64,000 bases of DNA from Phycisphaerae bacterium (lineage in GTDB: Bacteria > Planctomycetota > Phycisphaerae > UBA1845): the NCBI GenBank assembly GCA_963666835.2, contig CAXXGO010000001.1:928001-992000 (forward strand), read 5' to 3'. Below, piece after piece: positions 60,019 to 64,000 of this stretch; within the stretch, counting starts at the first letter, position 1; each line of letters starts with the position of its first letter. The notes under the pieces were generated by a model. It did not search any database and was not told the origin of the DNA. It saw only the letters and a list, made by a program, of their open reading frames with translations. A program made the translations under genes and the position numbers.

Positions 60019-60999
60019 CTACTTCGTCTCGACCTGGATCGGTAATGGTGCGGCAGAAACGCGTGTCAAGTAGGTGTAGGCGGACGCATCACCCTGAAGG
60101 CTGGCGCGGAAGAAGGCGACCAGTAGGCCGGCCGTGAGCTGACGCATGCCCGCCCGGTCAGGTCCGCTCGGGCACAGCCATGCGGCTGCTGCTGCGGCCT
60201 CTTCGTCCAGCATATCCCCGTGGCCCTGGCCCGGCACGACGATATGCCATGCCGGCGTCACGCTGGCCTGATAGAACTGCTCGTGGTTGTCACCCGCAGG
60301 TGCGCATCTCCCACCGAGTCCGGTGCCGAGGACAAGCGCCGGCAAACTGAAATCGAACGGCCCCTGCACGACCCTCGGCTGGGTGTCGAAGGGCCCGCCC
60401 GTACCATCAACGGGATCGATCCCGGCAATCGCCATCGCCCGGGAGGCGTCCGCCACGAGCACTGCCCAGGCCACTTTGCCGCCCCGCGAGTGCCCCGCCA
60501 GGCCGACTCGATCCAATGCAGGAGTGTAATCCAGTACCGTAGGGAGGCCTCCAGGCAACCAGTCCAGCAGTTGTGCCGCGGCTGACGCCTCCTCTGCGGC
60601 CGTGGGGTTTCCCAACAGAGCTGCCGGCCCCGGTTCGTACATCTGTGGAGCCACAATCACGAAGCCGTGCGAAGCCAATTGGTGCAGTACTTCGCCATAA
60701 GAATCGTTTTGGGCCATGAAACCGTGTTGGAACACCACGATCGGATACCAGCCGGAGATCTCCGGCGCCAAGATAAGCAGTTCAACCGGAGTTCCATGCT
60801 CACAACGTGCGACGGTCAACTTGCGGACTGCGAGCGGACCGGGGAGGTATGGGTCTCCTTGGCCAACATAGACTCCTCTCACTTCTTCCGGAAGCTGCGA
60901 CGCCGTGGGGCCGCTGGCGTCTGGGCAGGCCACGGGTTCCAGGCACCCGGCAGCGGCCGCAAGCAACGACGTCACGACAGTGACACGAACCGTCCTCAT
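60019..60999 (-). CDS. Chlorophyllase-like alpha/beta hydrolase lipoprotein
   Basis: Lipobox LAAAAGC; VVFQHGF, LASHGFVIVAPQ, GHSRGGK (Ser elbow), GIDPVDG, GHGDMLD. Confidence 0.8.
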   Translation of the reverse strand: MRTVRVTVVTSLLAAAAGCLEPVACPDASGPTASQLPEEVRGVYVGQGDPYLPGPLAVRKLTVARCEHGTPVELLILAPEISGWYPIVVFQHGFMAQNDSYGEVLHQLASHGFVIVAPQMYEPGPAALLGNPTAAEEASAAAQLLDWLPGGLPTVLDYTPALDRVGLAGHSRGGKVAWAVLVADASRAMAIAGIDPVDGTGGPFDTQPRVVQGPFDFSLPALVLGTGLGGRCAPAGDNHEQFYQASVTPAWHIVVPGQGHGDMLDEEAAAAAAWLCPSGPDRAGMRQLTAGLLVAFFRASLQGDASAYTYLTRVSAAPLPIQVETK

Positions 61000-61314
61000 G
61001 AGTTTCAAAACACTCGAGCGTTGCTCAACCCGGAAGCCACGGTCGCGGCGCACGGCTTGAGGATCCAAACCCGCTGCACGGCCAGCGCATCAGCCCATTC
61101 GTTGAGTCGCCGTCCGATCCATACCGCGCGTGCCCAATCACCGTGGTTTGAGTCCGGGCTCCTCCTGTTCACCCCGAGATCCTCAGCAAAGCCGCTCAGT
61201 TCTTCCACCAACTGTAACACACCAAGTCGGCCGGATGCGGCCGATCTTGAGGAGCCGCGAGGCGCGGCGGCATGTTCAAGCCTGCAACCATGAATCACGC
61301 GTGTCGTGGCTGCT

Positions 61315-61456
61315 GGGCCACGCGACTTCAAGGACGTCAAGCCCCCCGGAAGCTGTCGATCGGCGTTATTCCGATCAGCCGTAGGTCGTTCTGGTGTTCG
61401 GGCTTCGGGCAAAGTCGCTCGTACTCCGTCGCTCGCTTGGCGTAGCACTCGGTCAT
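61315..61456 (-). pseudogene. Frameshifted, truncated class I SAM methyltransferase relic
   Basis: ATG at 61456 follows AAAGGA and gives MTECYAKRATEYERLCPKPEHQNDL. A frameshift in a G run restores FRGLDVLEVA (motif I start), after which similarity is lost. Confidence 0.55.
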
Positions 61457-61554
61457 ATCCTTTTGGTGACAGCTAATGCTGCCCCTCGCGCGATGTTCGG
61501 GAACCTTGGTGGAAACCCGGGCAGAGCGTTTAACCACGGCCCCGGCAGCGTCGC

Positions 61555-63816
61555 CTACTGGCCGGCCTTCGACAAAACTCGCACTTTCAGGTAGGAAGGG
61601 TCCGCTTCCGAAGAGTGCATGGTGTGCGTGGCCGGCCGGAAGTCCTCCTCCGAAGCATGATAGATGTCGACGAATGTCTGCGGATTCCGATCAATTACAG
61701 GGAACCATGTGCTCTGCACCTGCACCATGATTCGGTGCCCCTTGAGAAAACAGTGGTACCGCTGCGGCAACTCGAACTCGATTTCGGTGATTCTGTCAGG
61801 CACCATCGGCTCGGGCCGCTCGAAGCTGTGGCGGTACTTGGCACGCATGACCTCGCCGGAAAGGAGCATTTGATAATCGCTCAGTTCGCTTCGCGAATCG
61901 CTCGGAAAGACATCGATCAGCTTCACGATGAAGTCTGCGTCTGTTCCTGTCGTGGAGACATTGAGATGTGCCGTGATGGGCCCCGCGATGGTCAGATCCT
62001 CGCGCAGGACTTTTGATTCATAGACAAGTACATCCGGCCTCCAGGCCGCGAACCGTTGATCCGCTACCATCCACTGATGTCCCTGCTGGGTTTGGATGTT
62101 GGTCGACCACGGCACTGGTTTGGCCGGATCACTGACATAGCTGTCACCCGCACCGTTCGATAGCGCGACCGGTGGCTCAAACGACAGGTCGCCGCCGGCG
62201 TGAAGGAACAGAAGCGTCTCCGTAGTGGATTCGGGTGGCCACTGCTCCAGTGCCCGCCAGGCGTTCGTCCCAGTCTCGAAAACCAACGCCTCGGGCAAGT
62301 GGAGTGTGCCGTCACCCTTCAGATGGGACAGGAGAAATGGGAACTCGACTTCCTTTCGAAAGTACTCCGCCGTGTTCGTCCCGAAGTCAATGTCGAATAG
62401 TCGATCGCCTTTCCCCCTTGACCAACCGCCGTGTCGCCAGGGTCCCACGACGAGCGTGCCACGGTTGTTGGAAGTGTTCTCTTCAATCGTCCTGTACACG
62501 CTCATCGGCCCGTAGAAGTCCTCGGCATCGAACCAACCGGCGACTGTCAGTGCAGGGTGCGCAACGGCAGGGAGTTGCGGTAGCACGTTACGCTCCTGCC
62601 AGTACTCATCGTAGTTTCCGTGCTCCATGTACTCATTCCAAACCGGCACCGCATCGCCGAAACACTTGTTGCTGATGTTCGTGATCGGCCCCAGGTCAAG
62701 GAAGAACTTGTACCCGTCACGCGTGCCGTAATCGTACCACGGGCCGATCGTCGTGGCAGGGCCCTGCCTCGGGCGGCCGCTTCGATCCACAAAAGAAAAC
62801 GTATACATCAGTCGAAAGGCACCGTTATGATGGAAATCGTCGCCAATCCACATGTCGGCAGGCGGCGCACGGAGAACCGAAGCACACAGCGCCGGGTGCG
62901 GTTCGATCATGCCCATGATCGCCTCCCATGCACTGTAGGAGCCGCCCCATTGGCCTACCCGGCCGTTGTGGCCGGGCACGTTCTCGAGCAGCCATTCGAT
63001 CGTGTCATACAGGTCCGTGCCCTCGTCGGTATCCCGTGCAGATCGCGGACACTTGGCCAGAGGCCGTATGATCGCGAAGTCCCCCTCCGATTTCGCTTTG
63101 CCGCGAACGTCCTGGTACACGAAGATGAAGCCCTCGTCCAAATAGACGTCATCCGGACCCAGCCTGTCGCGGTAGTCTGAAGGGGCATAGTGGCCGATGG
63201 AATACGGCGTCCGCAGGATCAGGAATGGGTAGGTCTGCGACGTGTCCCTTGGTGCGTAGACTTGCGTGCATAGGTGTACGCCATCGCGCATGGGGATCAT
63301 GTGCTCGTGCTTCCTGTAATCTTGCAGGATCTTGACATGCCTAGCGCCGAATGCATTGGTGGGATTTAACCGCACGGAGTGTTGGAAGTTGGCCAGCGCC
63401 GCCTTGATGTTTCCCTTGATCATCGAGGCGTGAGCGTAACTGTCATAGGTATTCCAGCGGTTCGGATAGGCATGAATGTTGAGTCGGAACACAGCTAGGG
63501 CATCATCGAGCAAACCCCTGCCCAGAAGCTCGTGTCCCAGGTCGTTCATTGCGTCCTCCGTGAAGATAAGGACGCCCGGATGGTACTTGAGCACCTCTTG
63601 GTAATGGACCTGCGCCTTGTCGACGCCCTCGTTGCGGATCATCTGCAGGAATTCGTCCTCCGATGGCACAGGTGGCGGTTCGACGTGCGCTGCGCTACCC
63701 GCCACCACTACCGCCAGCCGTAAGTCTGGGGCAGGCGGGGCGTTGGCGCGCGCGGCGATTCCGCAAGCGCTGACAAGGAGAGTTGCACACGCTGATGTGC
63801 ATCTTACTGTTCTCAT
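61555..63816 (-). CDS. Secreted CocE/NonD (peptidase S15, alpha-amino acid ester hydrolase-like) hydrolase with an N-terminal TPR region
   Basis: Signal peptide; TPR-like NDLGHELL...NTYDSYA...LNPTN; PMRDGV, RTPY, YQDVRG, WGGSY, GDDFHHNGAFRL, GWFDAED, VGPWRHG. Confidence 0.92.
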   Translation of the reverse strand: MRTVRCTSACATLLVSACGIAARANAPPAPDLRLAVVVAGSAAHVEPPPVPSEDEFLQMIRNEGVDKAQVHYQEVLKYHPGVLIFTEDAMNDLGHELLGRGLLDDALAVFRLNIHAYPNRWNTYDSYAHASMIKGNIKAALANFQHSVRLNPTNAFGARHVKILQDYRKHEHMIPMRDGVHLCTQVYAPRDTSQTYPFLILRTPYSIGHYAPSDYRDRLGPDDVYLDEGFIFVYQDVRGKAKSEGDFAIIRPLAKCPRSARDTDEGTDLYDTIEWLLENVPGHNGRVGQWGGSYSAWEAIMGMIEPHPALCASVLRAPPADMWIGDDFHHNGAFRLMYTFSFVDRSGRPRQGPATTIGPWYDYGTRDGYKFFLDLGPITNISNKCFGDAVPVWNEYMEHGNYDEYWQERNVLPQLPAVAHPALTVAGWFDAEDFYGPMSVYRTIEENTSNNRGTLVVGPWRHGGWSRGKGDRLFDIDFGTNTAEYFRKEVEFPFLLSHLKGDGTLHLPEALVFETGTNAWRALEQWPPESTTETLLFLHAGGDLSFEPPVALSNGAGDSYVSDPAKPVPWSTNIQTQQGHQWMVADQRFAAWRPDVLVYESKVLREDLTIAGPITAHLNVSTTGTDADFIVKLIDVFPSDSRSELSDYQMLLSGEVMRAKYRHSFERPEPMVPDRITEIEFELPQRYHCFLKGHRIMVQVQSTWFPVIDRNPQTFVDIYHASEEDFRPATHTMHSSEADPSYLKVRVLSKAGQ

Positions 63817-64000
63817 CTTATCTTCTCCCTTCTACTCAACGTGCATTGAGCCAAACACGCGGGTCAGGTTGCGCGCCTCCGCGACGGGATTATCAACGGT
63901 GTTCACCTGTTCTCTCCTCGCGCAACGACTCGTCGCAACGCTCCAACCACTTGAGAAACGCCTCGATCCGCAGCACGGCCAAGTCGAGGAGCAAGGCTGT

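Overview
A GC-rich bacterial window. Its secreted proteins with Cys-containing dockerin-like tails suggest a planctomycete (Phycisphaerae-like), but that assignment is inference. It falls into five blocks. (1) 1-2050: cohesin/dockerin proteins. (2) 2137-3761: an IS-like rve-integrase element with terminal inverted repeats, a 32-bp palindrome and a stranded initiator-tRNA anticodon fragment that looks like an att scar. (3) 4160-23673: an accessory/conflict-type island with a DUF4132-HEAT protein, a YehL/M/P/Q-type MoxR-vWA-SWIM operon, TPR and SEC-C proteins, a SNF2 helicase with a SWIM-HTH partner, two AAA_14-DUF4143 ATPases and internally deleted gene relics. (4) 24186-35136: an anion transporter, an orphan biosynthetic operon (KamA lysine 2,3-aminomutase, two Ddl-like ATP-grasp ligases, a GNAT-deacetylase fusion, a GNAT, MgtC), an MFS transporter and an HI0933 flavoprotein. 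(5) 35887-63816: a ~24-kb N-glycan disassembly locus with no SusC/D (GH38-like, PNGase F-like, GH130, CBM9-like, two Na+/solute symporters, a GH3-GH29B fusion, GH29A, GH2, GH20), followed by a chlorophyllase-like lipoprotein, a methyltransferase relic and a TPR-CocE hydrolase. The best candidates for undescribed systems are the N-glycan locus with its GH3-GH29B fusion and the KamA/ATP-grasp/acetyl-cycling operon. Family calls come from recognising motifs by eye; no searches were run. No rRNA, complete tRNA or CRISPR array was seen.
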